Below, one piece after another: positions 1 through 12,507 of a DNA stretch of 64,000 nt (position 1 is its first letter; each line of letters opens with the position of its first letter). Below the pieces are notes generated by a model that saw nothing but the letters and a program-made list of their open reading frames with translations, was not told where the DNA came from and searched no databases. Source of the stretch: Ramazzottius varieornatus. Its lineage: Eukaryota > Animalia > Tardigrada. The stretch spans positions 561,018-625,017 of the forward strand of contig BDGG01000013.1 of assembly GCA_001949185.1 (NCBI GenBank), written 5' to 3'. A program made the position numbers and the translations under genes.

Positions 1-1496
1 TTCGGGAAGAACGACAATTTTTCCGACAGAAGAGCGTTTTTGTGAAAAAAATCCCGCGTCATTGCCGACAACGAGTATTTTGATACAGCTGGGACCTTCA
101 TCGAGGCAATGAAGCACTAAGTTAACAGGCAGGGAGACTAGGACGCGAGCGAGATAAGAGACAGAGAGGCAATGCCCTAATTTTTGTGTCAAAAAATGGA
201 CAATCCGAACGAAAGTTCCAACTGTATCGTTAAATTTCGAACTTATTATTCTTTCATTCAACGATAAAAGTGTTGCTTCAGTCATCGCAGCTATGGCAGC
301 TTGCCATTGTTTTACCTATCGCAGCTTTCCATTGTTGGGACTGTTTACCAGTACTGTGACTAAAACTCAAATGCTCCTCATATCCTGGATTTCATGGTCA
401 AGCGGAAAAGTGTGTCACACTTAGGTGTCGCCACCCGGTAAGACGCAGTGCCGCAAAGATTTTCGCAGGTCTGTAGTTTAGACAAACAAACCGTGGAACG
501 AAAAGCATCAATGTCTTGAGATATTTGTCATGTTCGCGTTGAATCTTCCTTTGAATATCGGATATCTCGTCGGACAACGCAACCGTCAAGGTTTCCACTT
601 GTCCCAACAGCGCATCCACTATACTACCTGTTGCTCTGAAACCCCTGCAACAGTATACACGGCTCTATCAGAAATCTGGTATTGGAGAGAGTCGGAGGTG
701 CACTGTACATAATCTGGCTTGTATGCGTTAGATGTTCCTTGATGTGATTCCAGTCCATTCGATCAGCTTGCTCTTCCGCCCAACAGCGCACCGCTAAGTC
801 GACCATGCCATGGTCGCAGTCCAGTTGGTCATCGAACTGAGGTCGCATCAGCGTGCCTTCGGCATTATGACCTCGGTGAACGCAGCGAATGATCTCTGAC
901 GACATCAACCGTCAAGAAATTAGAACAATACAATTAAGCGGGTGAAACTGTCCATCATCGACTTGCCTGATGGCGTCAGACCGCCGTTGGCTAGCTGAAC
1001 ACAGTAAGGCGCCCCCCAAGAGATGACTTCTTGCAGGATTATGCCAAAACTGTAAATGTCGATGGACTTGTTGTAGACATGAACGCTCTTGCCGGTGCTA
1101 CCGTCTTGATCCCGAAGAACTTCTGGGGCTGTCCAAATCATCGTAGCGTTGTATTCCGGTCTCCTCTTGGCAAACCACAGCTCCACTTGGTTAAAGTTGA
1201 AAAAGCTGGGCATACCGTAGTCGGCTACTTTCAGCACAAACTGAGCGTCCAAATACAAACATTGAGAGGTTAGCCGGGAATGCGAAGTTAGTCCTCTTGA
1301 GTATAGGTATCTTAGTCCGCCGACGATGGCATTCAGGAAAGAGAATCGCACAATCCAGTCCAATTTACTCTTCGCTCCGATCAAATCCTACCCAGTAACA
1401 TGGTGTGACAGAAACAAAGGAAAGGGACACGCCAACCGAAGGTATGCTGGAAGCAGGCATGATCGTGTTATATTCGCTATGAAGAGGGACCATCAC

Positions 1497-1868
1497 CAGA
1501 GTGAAACAATCAACTAACTAGTGTAGTGCTAAAACGGCTTATTTTAGCTTCGCCGAGCCTTCTATAGTGACAGCCATTGTATGAGACCGTTGCCCGCAGT
1601 CAATGAAGGATCCTCTTGACTGAAGGATGGATTTGACCACGTGCTTTGAGAGTGCAGTCTGCTACAATGCGGTCACGTGGTCAAAGTCGGCCCTGATCAA
1701 TCAAGGGCTAACCCACGATCAACAAGTGAAAGTCCGCCCTGACTTTCACTTGTTAGTAATCAATAATTAGCGTGTCTGCCTACGCTTGATTGAGAGGACA
1801 GATTTCTCCCGTGTAGCAACGTGCCTTTCCTGCAGTGAATACACTAGTTAGTTGATTGTTTCACTCTG
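1497..1868. mobile_element. Non-autonomous TIR element (MITE), P/hAT-like
   Basis: Perfect 29-bp TIR cagagtgaaacaatcaactaactagtgta (1497-1525 and 1840-1868). Flanks ccatcac/ccattac form a 7-bp TSD with 1 mismatch. Internal 12-bp hairpin stems near 1632-1685 and 1722-1751. Confidence 0.8.
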
Positions 1869-2577
1869 CCATTACATACGTGACAACGGTGACCTGGCAA
1901 AAGCTGGGTCGGTTCCAGCGCATAGCCCTTCCGCATTGCAAACAATCGGTCCTGACTTTGCTAGTGGACATAACGTTGCTCACATGCGTCACGAGCTATT
2001 CGCCGGACCTCAGGGCATAGGACGTTTGCATGACTTAAGTGAGAAATGTCAAAGCCACGAGCAAATTAAGGCACGTTGATCGTATAAAAAATAGCTGGTC
2101 TGACTATCATCGACAGGGTAATGCAAGAATACATCCCTACCGGTGGTTACGTGATGTGAGTACAGTAACCGTTGACTTATAATCCAACACCCTGGGACCT
2201 CAGGCAGGGATGCATCTTGGGTACAGTTCTACCTCCCAGATGTATCAATTCAAACGCTTGATTTTGTTTTGCGATGACCCATCTGTTTACTACACGGTGG
2301 ACCAAAACAAACGAAATATGGCAAGCCATCCAGCACGGTTACCACTAATCAAGTAATCACTTGCATTTATTCAGTTCTTTTAGTGGGCTGCCATGTGTTT
2401 GGTCACCCACACTGTGATTCGCATATCACGGTCAAATTAAAGCAATTGACACATCTCGGAGGTAAAACTGTACTGCATAAGGGCGGTCAGACTGCCAACT
2501 GTCGTCAATCCAGTAGCCTTGCACTACCGAAAGGAGCCTCATGAGCCAAGCATTGTGCACTATTGGCACTTCCTGTA

Positions 2578-2748
2578 GACGCACGGAGAAAATTATGGGA
2601 CAGGCGTTTTCGCCACGGCGGTACGGAAGCACGTAAGCACACTACCGATTTACACTAATTTGCTTTTCAACACTTTTCCACGGTTGAATTACCGTCCTTT
2701 CCGCATGTCCCGTAATTTTTACTGTCCCATAATTACCCATCGTGCGTG
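2578..2748. mobile_element. TA-flanked MITE (CACGCACG..ATTATGGGAC family)
   Basis: Ends ta|gacgcacggagaaaattatgggac and gtcccataattacccatcgtgcgtg|ta. Relatives at 11685-12507 and 26375-26528. Confidence 0.7.
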
Positions 2749-4119
2749 TACTCTGGCAGTCGTGCAGTTTTTGAGTTCATGCACCCACGCACATTTTGCT
2801 GTGTAGCCTGTGTCCCGCACGTACTAGCATTTTTCAACAACAGGACTTGACCTAGTGCACGGATGCATTTTCGCACACTGATGTGAGTTTGTTTCCGTCT
2901 CACGCTTGAAACATACTTTCGGCTGGCATGCAGGACTAGTCAGTTGTCGAGACTGTGTTACAGCGATTGGACGTACATACAGAGTGCCTCGAGAAGCCGC
3001 CTCGTAAAGTATGCAGAAGCGATCGGATGTTATTGATGCTTTAAGGAACTTCAGAACGTGCTCGTTGGAAAGACTCCGAGCGAAGTTGACCTCTTTAAGG
3101 ACACCCCGGTGTCGGACGATACTCTTCTTGTTACAGTGTCGCACAGTCACTAGTCGCCTACGCCATACCCCTGTTTTTGTTGTGAGGATCATAGCTTTGT
3201 GTGCGGATCCATCGTAGCTTCCGGTAGGGCCTCCTGTCCCTCCTCCTTTTCCAAGAAGAGTTTTCTACAGAGAGCTGTTTTTTGGTACTTTAACTTGACT
3301 TGGGTTTTGAGCGAGCCCACCTTTTGTACAACAATTTCGGTTTCTGAATCTTGGCCATCGGTGACTTCTCCATTCGGCCATCGCACACGAAGTTCTCTAG
3401 GATCCAAGATCCATGTCCACTGATCGCGGTAGTATAGAACGAGGCGTCGGATGTAGAATGACGCTACACCAAACAGCACCAAAGCCAGGCAAATTCCTCC
3501 ACCCATAAGAAGTTTTGGATAGGTTGTGTTTACTGCAAATTCTCAGATATCGCAATGTTCCATCGACAAAACGGGTACGGCAACGCCTATGCTTACAGAG
3601 AATTTTATAAAACGTACCTGAAACGACTTGGCAGTATTCGTTCGTGTAGCCGCACATAGGTTTGTTGAGCGGGGCAGTGTTGTTGGCGTTAGCCCAGTCG
3701 ACGTTGCCTGTCTGATTCAGCGAAACCCCACTGGGTGTGGATACTGGAACGAGCGCGTTCGAATCCTGCTCTATAATATTCCGATACTCGAAAACTGTGT
3801 GGAACGTTCCGTTTTCTGTGTCCGTCATATCGTATATGTCGAATTCCTCTTGCATACCAGCGGCGGTATCCCACGCAATATTATCCGAGGAAGCGAAGCC
3901 TTTCTGAATCCACTGAGGAAAATCTGCAAGTATTATTAGACTTCGCATACCATCGTTAAATATTCGACCGGATGAGCAACGGTATAAAAATGCTTGTCTA
4001 TTAAGGACATTTCCAGGAATCTCGAGTACCGGTAGAACGTTTATTTTTCCGGCATCGACTCTCATCGTTTATTCTCCGTTTATCTCTCCGGCATGGACTC
4101 TCATCTTGACACTCCTAGC

Positions 4120-4363
4120 CAGCCCTGCCGCTGCGCAATAGCCAATGTGGCAAAAAACTGGTGCCCATATGTGGTGCCCGTCATGTGACAATCGGCTCGG
4201 ATTCGGGTCAGTTAATTTAGACGAATCTGGCTCCGCCTACGGGACGGCTCAATGGGTGCAGCGTACGCACACGACCTGCATATCGTTTTCTGCCGTTACG
4301 TCAGGCTCAACATTGCCGTTTCCCAGCTGTTTGTCACATTAGAATTTTGCAGCGGCAGGACTG
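4120..4363. mobile_element. hAT-type MITE
   Basis: TIRs cagccctgccgctgc / gcagcggcaggactg with a perfect 8-bp TSD ctcctagc (4112-4119, 4364-4371). Confidence 0.85.
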
Positions 4364-6232
4364 CTCCTAGCGAACCAGGAGTGTGAAGTATAGCGCTACA
4401 GAGCGTGATTTGGCCCGAACTGTTTTTGTTTGACCTATGGCATTTTAGTGCATCGTTGGCCTGAGGTATACCCTAGTGCATGCAACGTTTTGCGATGACT
4501 TAAAACACTGCGGTGCGGCGGAGTGCTTGGGGTGGAGTGATCTTTCAAACAGCTAATTTTCAAGTCGGCGCAGAGCGTTATGTGTTCGTCATACGCCGAG
4601 TCTCTGTGCCAGTTATTTGATCCACGAATTGATGGTTCTTACCGGTTTCAAGTTAATGGTCAGATTCGCGAATAAAAGGACTTGTACACTGAGCACGTGC
4701 CAAGAGGCGTGTCTTTCCAGCTCGCTTTCAAATTTGGATCACCCGGACGGTAGGAAACACAGAAAAGCATACGTCTTACTCCTCGATCCACTAATCTCTC
4801 ACGTTACTGTTTCTCCAGTCTTACTTATCATACAAAGATAAATGCTCTGCATGCTAAAAGTGCCATAATACTAGCCAGGAAACTCTTTTCCTTTGCAAAG
4901 AAAACTATAGTTTTCGGTTTGACCGCGACACATACTGTGGCAAATCACTCGCCGAGACTGAGCGGAGAGATAGTCAAAAACGCACTCACCTGCTAACCTC
5001 CGACACCACGCATCGGTATTGTACGGATCAGATGGTGGATTGCTCTGCAGAATTGGAATTGGAATGGGATTCCGTACAGTCGCCGTCGGATCTCCGTCAA
5101 GGAAATCGTACAGTTTTGTACTCGCGGAAGGAAGTAAAATAGCATCGTGGTGCGTCATCATGTAGTACAACTGGTCGTCTGGCGGCTTGTTGTCCTTTGA
5201 GAAATCCATCCGCCGTAAGAAGTCCTGATGAGATGCTGTATTTGACCGATCTACCAACCCAAGCACCAACAACGACCGAAAGGCAGCTTTTGCTTTATCG
5301 TCATCCGCGTTACCTTTTAAATTTCGAAACACACAGTCTCAGGGAGTTTCGAGATGTCAAACACGATGGGAAGAAGTGGTGAGCACGACATAGGCAATTT
5401 TTCTATCATCCGATCTCACCTGTGTACCATCCGTTTTTGATAAGCGTAGTGCGGAAAATATCCAATGCAAAATATACATGCTCCCCGTTGACCAGATGGT
5501 TATCACAAGCAGCAACCATGTACTTGCGGACCATCGTTGCGTTCATCAGCAGCACATGAACTGTTTTAAAACCAGCATGTTATCAGGATGAGCACCAACT
5601 AGGGGACAAAAAGTAACAACACAGAATACTTCTACTTTCCACGATATGGTCACGTGGACTGTCCTACTACTCGCTTATATGTAGACCGTAACCCTTAGTA
5701 CTTTATCAAAACTTAGTAAATGACGTTGTCATAGCCGTCAGCAGACCAAGGTTTACCAAACCAACAGCTGGCTCAGATTTCTGCAGCCATAGTTGAATTT
5801 GAACATTTCAACATCTGAGTGGCAAAACGTTCAGAGCGGCGGCGTGCTCGCAAGTGTGCTTTAGAGTTTGGGCGATGCATGCGCCGACAGTTTTACCAGT
5901 CTTCATGCGCTGATAATTACGCCGTTTTGCGCGAGTTGTCGAAAGTTCCGTTCTGTGACCGTGGACAAGTTCGCCCTTATGTATGCGACAAACGACTTTG
6001 CTTCTGCTTGTGACTCTGCTTTAACGTGCGACGTACGGGACATAACTGGGACATAGTGGTTTTCGCGCCCATAATTCGAGCGTACTTACCGCCCGACTTA
6101 AATCGGTGTGCCGTTCTCTACAACACCGTTTTCAAATTCCAAATTTAAACGACGATTCGGGTGATACGAGGAAAAAACGTAGACCATGGAGTGCCCACCA
6201 CATAATTACATAGGGGCAAATAAGTTTCAAAG

Positions 6233-6592
6233 CACAGGCCACCTGAAAGCGTTGTTTTCCAAAGGTACTTGGTACTGGACAGCCTTGACACCGGCCAGGC
6301 TTGACTTCCTTCTGCCCAAACCAGTCACTAGACACCACTCTTTCATCCAGAGCTGAGGTCAAACTCAAACGTGCAATGGGGCAGAAACTACATAATTTCT
6401 TAACGCGGAGGCTACAAAAACTTCCGGTCATATACCTTACAAAATCTCTTCAACGAATGACTTCCCAGCCTCGGCTCCAAGTTTGGAATATTGCCGCTAA
6501 GTTGCTTTCACCTTATGCAAAAAGTCGCCGAGATCGAACGACCAAAGAATTTCTGGTGAACGCAGCTTTAAAACGTATTGAACCCCCTATGC
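6233..6592 (+). repeat. Dispersed repeat, copy 1 (internally deleted relative to 14117-14775)
   Basis: Shares caggccacct, gccttgaca..cttgacttcc and gaatttctggtgaacgcagctttaaaac.tattgaacccc with 14117-14775. Confidence 0.7.
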
Positions 6593-6824
6593 ATGATCGT
6601 GAGTTTGCCTGCCTTTTCTGCCCGGGAATATCTGTTGCGCCGCGTACAGAAACCGACCATCGCGCAGGTGGCCGTCTGACTAAACCTAAGCGACCAGCAA
6701 GATGTCCGCTCTGAATCCTGCTGCAGGTCAGACGAATCAAAAAGCTACGACATAGTTCGCATTCAACCGGCCCAGTTTCTATTTCGCGAGTGGCTAGTGC
6801 TAACAATGCATTCATCTTTTGGTA

Positions 6825-9262
6825 CAGGAGGAGTAAGCATGTGTGACCCAGTGAGGAAATGTGTGACCCAGTAGTCTCAGACGGCGTGACATGTATCAAG
6901 TATGCATTACGTTAACAGAAACACTTTTTATGTAAGATAGACAACACTGTAATTCAAACACGAGGTTCTACCGTCACCGTGTCCTTTCCTGAGGAAAAAT
7001 ATCAAGAATTTTTGAGTAGAAGAACCATGGTAACTCAAGCAAAACAACATCCAACTTGCACTTATCCACTCATCCTAATGACAACTTTCTACGATTTTTT
7101 AGCTGCTTGTCTGCTGCTTTTGCGAACGGTGGTCGATACTGGTTCTGTTTGTGGTGCTGCGCCGACTGTCTTCTTTGGTCTACCAGCAGCTTTCTTCGGT
7201 CCACTTCCCGCCTTCTTCGCTGGTTTACCCGCTACCGGTTTCTTTGGCCTGCCAACACTCTTTTTCTTCGAGATGACAGCAGGAGCTTCCTGCAGAACAA
7301 GAGCAGCATGTTTGGCTGCCTTAGCTGCAGTTCGGTCGTCGATTCCAGACCTGTAGTCGGCACCCAGCAAATTCACTCCCCTGTCTCTCGCCAAGCGTTT
7401 GTCAGTCAGCTGTCTTTGTTTCTTTGGTTTCATCTGAGCAAATGTTTTACCAGCAGCAGAAGCAATCCTTTCGGCGACGGTACGATGTCCAGTTCCTACG
7501 TTCACGATCGAATCTAGACAGGAGTCGACTTTCTCGCTGTCGAAGTTTAGGCCTTTACGCAGAATCACATCTATGGTCTGGAGAGATTGATGGTGCTTGT
7601 CCAGCAAAGGGTTCTGCTGTTGGTCATTTCGAGTCGGGGTCTTGTCAACGGTCTGTCGAATGGCTTCTGGATCGAAGGGGAAGATACCTGTCTTGCGAAA
7701 ACCCGCTTTTACGGACTCAAAGTCGAACGAGAACTTGTGCGCTAAGGGAGTGCAGAGCAGGGCCATATGACCGGAGAACGTTCTACGGGAAATCTGAAAA
7801 GAAAAACTGTACGTCAGATTTGATCACTGGGAGAACTGAAATAACAGCAACCATCGTGGAGTACAGTACTTTACTTCAAAATCTGGGTCAACCCTCCGAA
7901 AGTTCTTGTAATGCGTCCAGTCAGATTTCACACCACTAAAGACACAGCAGTCCAGGGGTTGTAGATGATGCGTCTGACGGAAGACAAACTAACTGAATGT
8001 CTTTTTCGGACTTTTCGCAGAGCGTGAAGAGTTGCACGTTCAAGACATGACTGTGGTGGCCGTCCATGAACACAATGTTCTACAAAATTAAAGAATCACA
8101 AGATACCGATCTGAGTGACATGGAGTAAATCAGGTCAGAGTTTGTTACCTTTTGAGCTGTCATATTGGCAATCACTTCTTTACGAAAGTAATCGGTGAGG
8201 ACATCTGCATCCATAGTGCCACTATCGTTCACCGCAACATATAGCTTGTCATCCGTACCACGGTGCATACTTTCCAACTGGACTTTCCCATCATACAGTA
8301 CAAGCGGTCTTAGCATTCTACCCGTAGCATCGCCGCAAAACAAGACTGTAACCTGAACCCTTGTGGTCCCTTCTGTGTGCGCTATCGCCTGTTTAACCCC
8401 AGCTTCAGTGTACACTCTGTCTCGTTTGTAACCCAGTATAAATCCCGACTCATCCAAGTTGAAAATTCCTTCAGGCTCCGTCAGGTATCCGGCTGCATGG
8501 TGTTCAGAAAGGAGTGCGACGTATGATTGAGCCTTCTCTTTGTCCCATTCACGTGCCTTCTTTCGGTCCACGTTGGAAGTAAGTCGCCGCGAAATTTCCT
8601 GTGCCACCAATTGGTGAAGGACGGTTTCATACCTGGAGTACAGAGATTGTCGTACATCAAGATTTCAGATCAGATTCATCAAATTGTTTGTAAATGATTT
8701 TCAGATCCAAACCTTTTTCTAGGGCGAAATATTGGAGATAATCACGAAAGTTATCTTTGGTGAGCGGTAGCCCCGTCTTTGCAAACTGGGTTAGCACCTG
8801 CGCCAGTCCTTTCATCTCTTCTGGACTATGCTTTGTACCACGGCCCATTTTCGAACGATGAGGTTTGATGAGATAACGGTAAAGTGTCTTTCTTGGAATT
8901 TCGTATATCTCCGCCGCTGCGCTCCTTAACATTCCATTCTTAGCAGAAGCTATCGCTAGCTCGAGCGACCTGTCATCATAGTCACGTACTTTCTTGTTCT
9001 TTAGCACCAAAGACATTCTAATAAGGCCCGATAGCAAACTGACTGCACCGCAAAAGATTCGAGATTGAAGTTACGTGAAGAAGTGGAGGCTATCAATTGT
9101 TTACAGCATCAGCTGATAAAAACTTGAATGTTACGAGAAAGTTTTCGTTACGTCATAGGCTTTATTTTAATTACGAGTGTCTCATGCTTTTCTATGGATG
9201 CGCCGTCTGAGACTACTGGGTCACACATTTCCTCACTGGGTCACACATGCTTACTCCTCCTG
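6825..9262 (-). mobile_element. pogo-like DNA transposon, 2438 bp, with an intron-containing transposase
   Basis: Perfect 62-bp TIRs (6825-6886, 9201-9262) containing a tandem atgtgtgacccagt motif. TA on both sides (6823-24, 9263-64). Confidence 0.95.
7089..9016 (-). pseudogene. pogo transposase (HTH_psq, CENP-B-type HTH, DDE_1), 4 exons, 2 frameshifts
   Basis: HTH ..SAAAEIYEIPRKTLYRYL; catalytic motifs IFNLDESG, FMDGHHSH and THHLQPLDCCVF; FRKTGIFPFDP. GT-AG introns at 8633-8712, ~8080-8148 and 7794-~7874. Frameshifts near 8595 and 7977. Confidence 0.9.
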
Positions 9263-10134
9263 TACACTCCATACTGAGTGCGTTTGAAGAAACCACTCTT
9301 TACACTACCCCAGGGAGGAACTAAGATAGGCTTAAGCATGCGTCAATGCATGAGCTGGGTAAAACTCATCCAATAGAGAATCTGCCAAAACAGCGATGCA
9401 TTACACCACCAGCCACTCGCGAAAACAACTGGACAGTCGGATGCGAACTGTCCAGTTGTCGGTAGTTAGAGCTAAAATAACTTTGGCCTATGTGCTGGTA
9501 CTTGATGGCCATCTTCCTTCGGCTAACAGAACCCCGGAGAAACAGAAGCGTTCGACTGGTGGTATTTGGATTATCAAAAATGGACAAAGGGGTGGCCTGC
9601 TTACCTCGTCCTCTGGCTGCGGCCATCTTCAGATTGTCAGCAATCGAAAACATTCCATTCTCGGTTATAAAATACACCTGTAACCGGTTTGAGCTATTAT
9701 GTATACTCGATGGAAGAAGAGCTATAAGTGCGGCTTTCCGGATGTCGTTCGTTGTGCCCCATTCCCGGTTCTTGTTCAACGACAGTAAACCTAAAACCAG
9801 AGGGGTTGAGTTGGACTGACGAACTAACAGTATCGACCGGCATATCTTCCGCCAACGAATCTTCTATCCGTCGTCTCAACTGTGGGTGGGTGGTGTCATC
9901 TAGCGCAGTTAAGCGTCACACAGGTGCACAAGTTAAAGATTAGAAACGACGAGTTACCCTGGTGGCCTGGTGGCTTCAATCAATCCAATTACCACTCCAA
10001 ACTTGAATGGATGGGGATCGAACCCCCGCTTGCTACTTACATGGCGAACATTCAGATTACCTACCAAAAAATTGCTTCTTTTGAATTAGCCATACTGGTT
10101 TAGCAACAAAGCGCTTGTCTTTTCCAAAAATTAG

Positions 10135-10292
10135 CTCGAGCCAATGGCTACTTTTGAGGAAACCAAACGGTCACTTTGACTAATAAGTTTTACAGTACAG
10201 TATCCAATTGGCCAATTTTTTAACCGAAAAAAGTGATCTTTTGGATACTTTTCACCTAGTCGAGGCTACTTCAAAAGTGGCCATTGGCTCTA
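10135..10292. repeat. Small inverted-repeat element
   Basis: gagccaatggctacttttga versus tcaaaagtggccattggctc in inverted orientation. Confidence 0.5.
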
Positions 10293-11099
10293 GCAAAGCA
10301 TTGACTAAGTCTATCCAGAGCCGTGATATTAAATGTCACGTGAGCAAAACGAGTAATAACATACACACACCCCCACAAAACGGAGACTTCCAGGATGACT
10401 TCTGAGCCTGATGCTGGCGGATACCTTACCGGGATAGCCCGACCAGCAGATCAGCGGACGAAGATTCTGAGAGTATGCAGACCGCAGGAGATCCTGGCTT
10501 CTAGCGCGACACTTTCCGACATAGATCTCCCAGACCCGCCGCACCAGCCGGCCACGTGATCCTAAGTCGTACACTGTCTTACAATATTATAAATGATTGA
10601 CCCCCTGGACCTCTGTTCACAAAATCGTATCTCCTGTCCCTGAAACCCAGTTTCAATCACTCAAAATGTTCATGAAAGAACAAGATTTCGTCTAAATGGT
10701 GATATGGCTCGGCACAACCACAATCAAGAAATCAACCGGCAAGGCGAACTTTGCCAGTCTTCCAAACGGAATGTGTTTCGCCCACCGCAGTCTGATCTGG
10801 GCATGTCGAGCCTCTGCATCCTAGCATCCCAAAAATGCACCAAACACTAAATGACCTATGACTTTGCGATTTGGACTGATCATTTATGACATCTTTCTGC
10901 GTCAGGTCCAAAGTTCGAATGCTTTTTTAATCAGGCAAATTTTTGCGACAAAATTTCCCTATGGGACGCCTGGTGAGGGAACATTCAAGTATTACGTAAG
11001 ACGAGATCAAAGGCGCCGAATGGACCCCCTATCAAAGCAAATCAATGAATGCGGCTTTGATCCATTCGGTTTGCCGAATCTTACGTAATACACTGGCCG

Positions 11100-11360
11100 C
11101 CGCAATAACGTCACAGCACAACCGTCGCATCAGATAGCTGGTGTGTAATTTTACTCGAGAAAAATCTGACGTCAAGAAAGTACGCAGTATTACTGCCCCG
11201 TAAGAAGTATCCCAATAAACTACCAAAAGTACAACACCCAGAACAAAACAAGTTCGCCTTCTGTGTCGTCGTCCAACATAAAATATTCCTGGACACCTTC
11301 CGTAATCGCAATGGTAGGAACAGCATCCAGAACTTCAGTGGCAGCTGTGTACGAGGGTAA
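11100..11360 (+). repeat. Dispersed repeat (second copy at ~16345-16555)
   Basis: Shared ttttactcgagaaaa.tctg.cgtcaa and aacaagtt.gccttctgt.tcgtcgtc.aacat.aaata. Confidence 0.7.
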
Positions 11361-11684
11361 CTCTCCTCTGTACACGATTTCGCAGTTTTGAAAGCAATTC
11401 TTAAAATCCGGTTTGTGTCGTGTTGAAGTTATTGCAGAGGCCAGAGTAGTTGAATGGTCCCTAAGAAGTATGGGTTCTGATGGTTAACACTTATAGCGCG
11501 ACCGTACTCTTTGTGAGTACATTGCCTCAGTTTTATTCGCTTCCTAAATCTGGCATTTCGCCCTTCGGGATGGGCATGTGTCGTTTGCTTGTAACTCGAA
11601 CCTGCGTCCGAAGTGAGATTAATAACGATGAATCAGTGTGTCTAGCGGAACACCAATTTTCAAATTAGACAAACTGAGCACGCA

Positions 11685-12507
11685 CACGCACGATGGGAAA
11701 TTATGGGACGGTAAAAATTAGAGTGTGACTACTGTCACCGCTTTCACCGCCTAAAAGTCTAAAATCACCGCCATTGATAAATAATAATTTAATTGATTTG
11801 AAACCGCCTTACGGAACAATTTCTGAATGTACAGTCACCGCCCGCCGATGAACTTAGGTTCGCCCAAGTTCATCGGCAGCTGCCGGTACGAACCAGTGCG
11901 TGCTGATGGTCTGCGCGTACATGGACGAGCTTCTCAGAGGCGAGTGGCCCGCGAACACAATGTTCTGCGACGATCAAGCGCATCACCTGTGGTTCACACC
12001 CTGTTGGTGAGCGAGAAGTTCACTCCATGTCGGCGGAGAAGATGAAGAAAGAGCTCTGAAGGTCTTTCTGACAGAAGAGCCTACATAGATATCACTGTGA
12101 ACCAGTCGGTAGCCATACGAAACCGTCTTGGTAGCATGCCTAACCGGCCATTTCATGGCTGGAAAGGCTGTTGCCAGATTTTGCGTGTCCTCTCTCTTTG
12201 TCAAATTTAAAAACGAGATAAACGGCAGTGACGGCGGTGTGGAATTAATTAGAGGGGGTGGCTTTCGACTTCTAGGCGGTGAAGGCTTTGGCAATAACCA
12301 TTCGGGCGGTTTGGGCGGTGACTACAGCAATTTCCTGAAAGCTATGACACAGGTGGAAAGGACGGCGAAATGGAAATTCGATCGTAGAAAAGTGTCGAAA
12401 AGTGTATTACCGTGAATCGGTCGCGTATATGTACGTGCTTCCGTACCGCCGCAGCAAAAAGGCCTGTCCCATAATATTTACGGTCCCATAATTTCCCATC
12501 GCGCGTG
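11685..12507. mobile_element. CACGCACG-family MITE carrying a nested ~0.6-kb inverted-repeat element
   Basis: Outer TIR cacgcacgatgggaaattatgggac / gtcccataatttcccatcgcgcgtg|ta. Inner inverted pair ttcaccgcctaaaagtc (~11743) / gacttctaggcggtgaa (~12267). Confidence 0.7.

Noticed and set aside
398-491. Read-through C-terminus giving a cyclase-less gene A
   Set aside because: A conserved donor follows VPR exactly as in gene B, so further exons probably lie beyond the window edge; unresolved here.
6838-6872. Direct repeats atgtgtgacccagt suggesting a CRISPR-like array
   Set aside because: These are internal motifs of the pogo TIR in a eukaryotic context, with no spacers and no cas genes.
9366-9880. 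137-aa ORF beside the pogo element
   Set aside because: It lies outside the TIR and has no recognisable motif.
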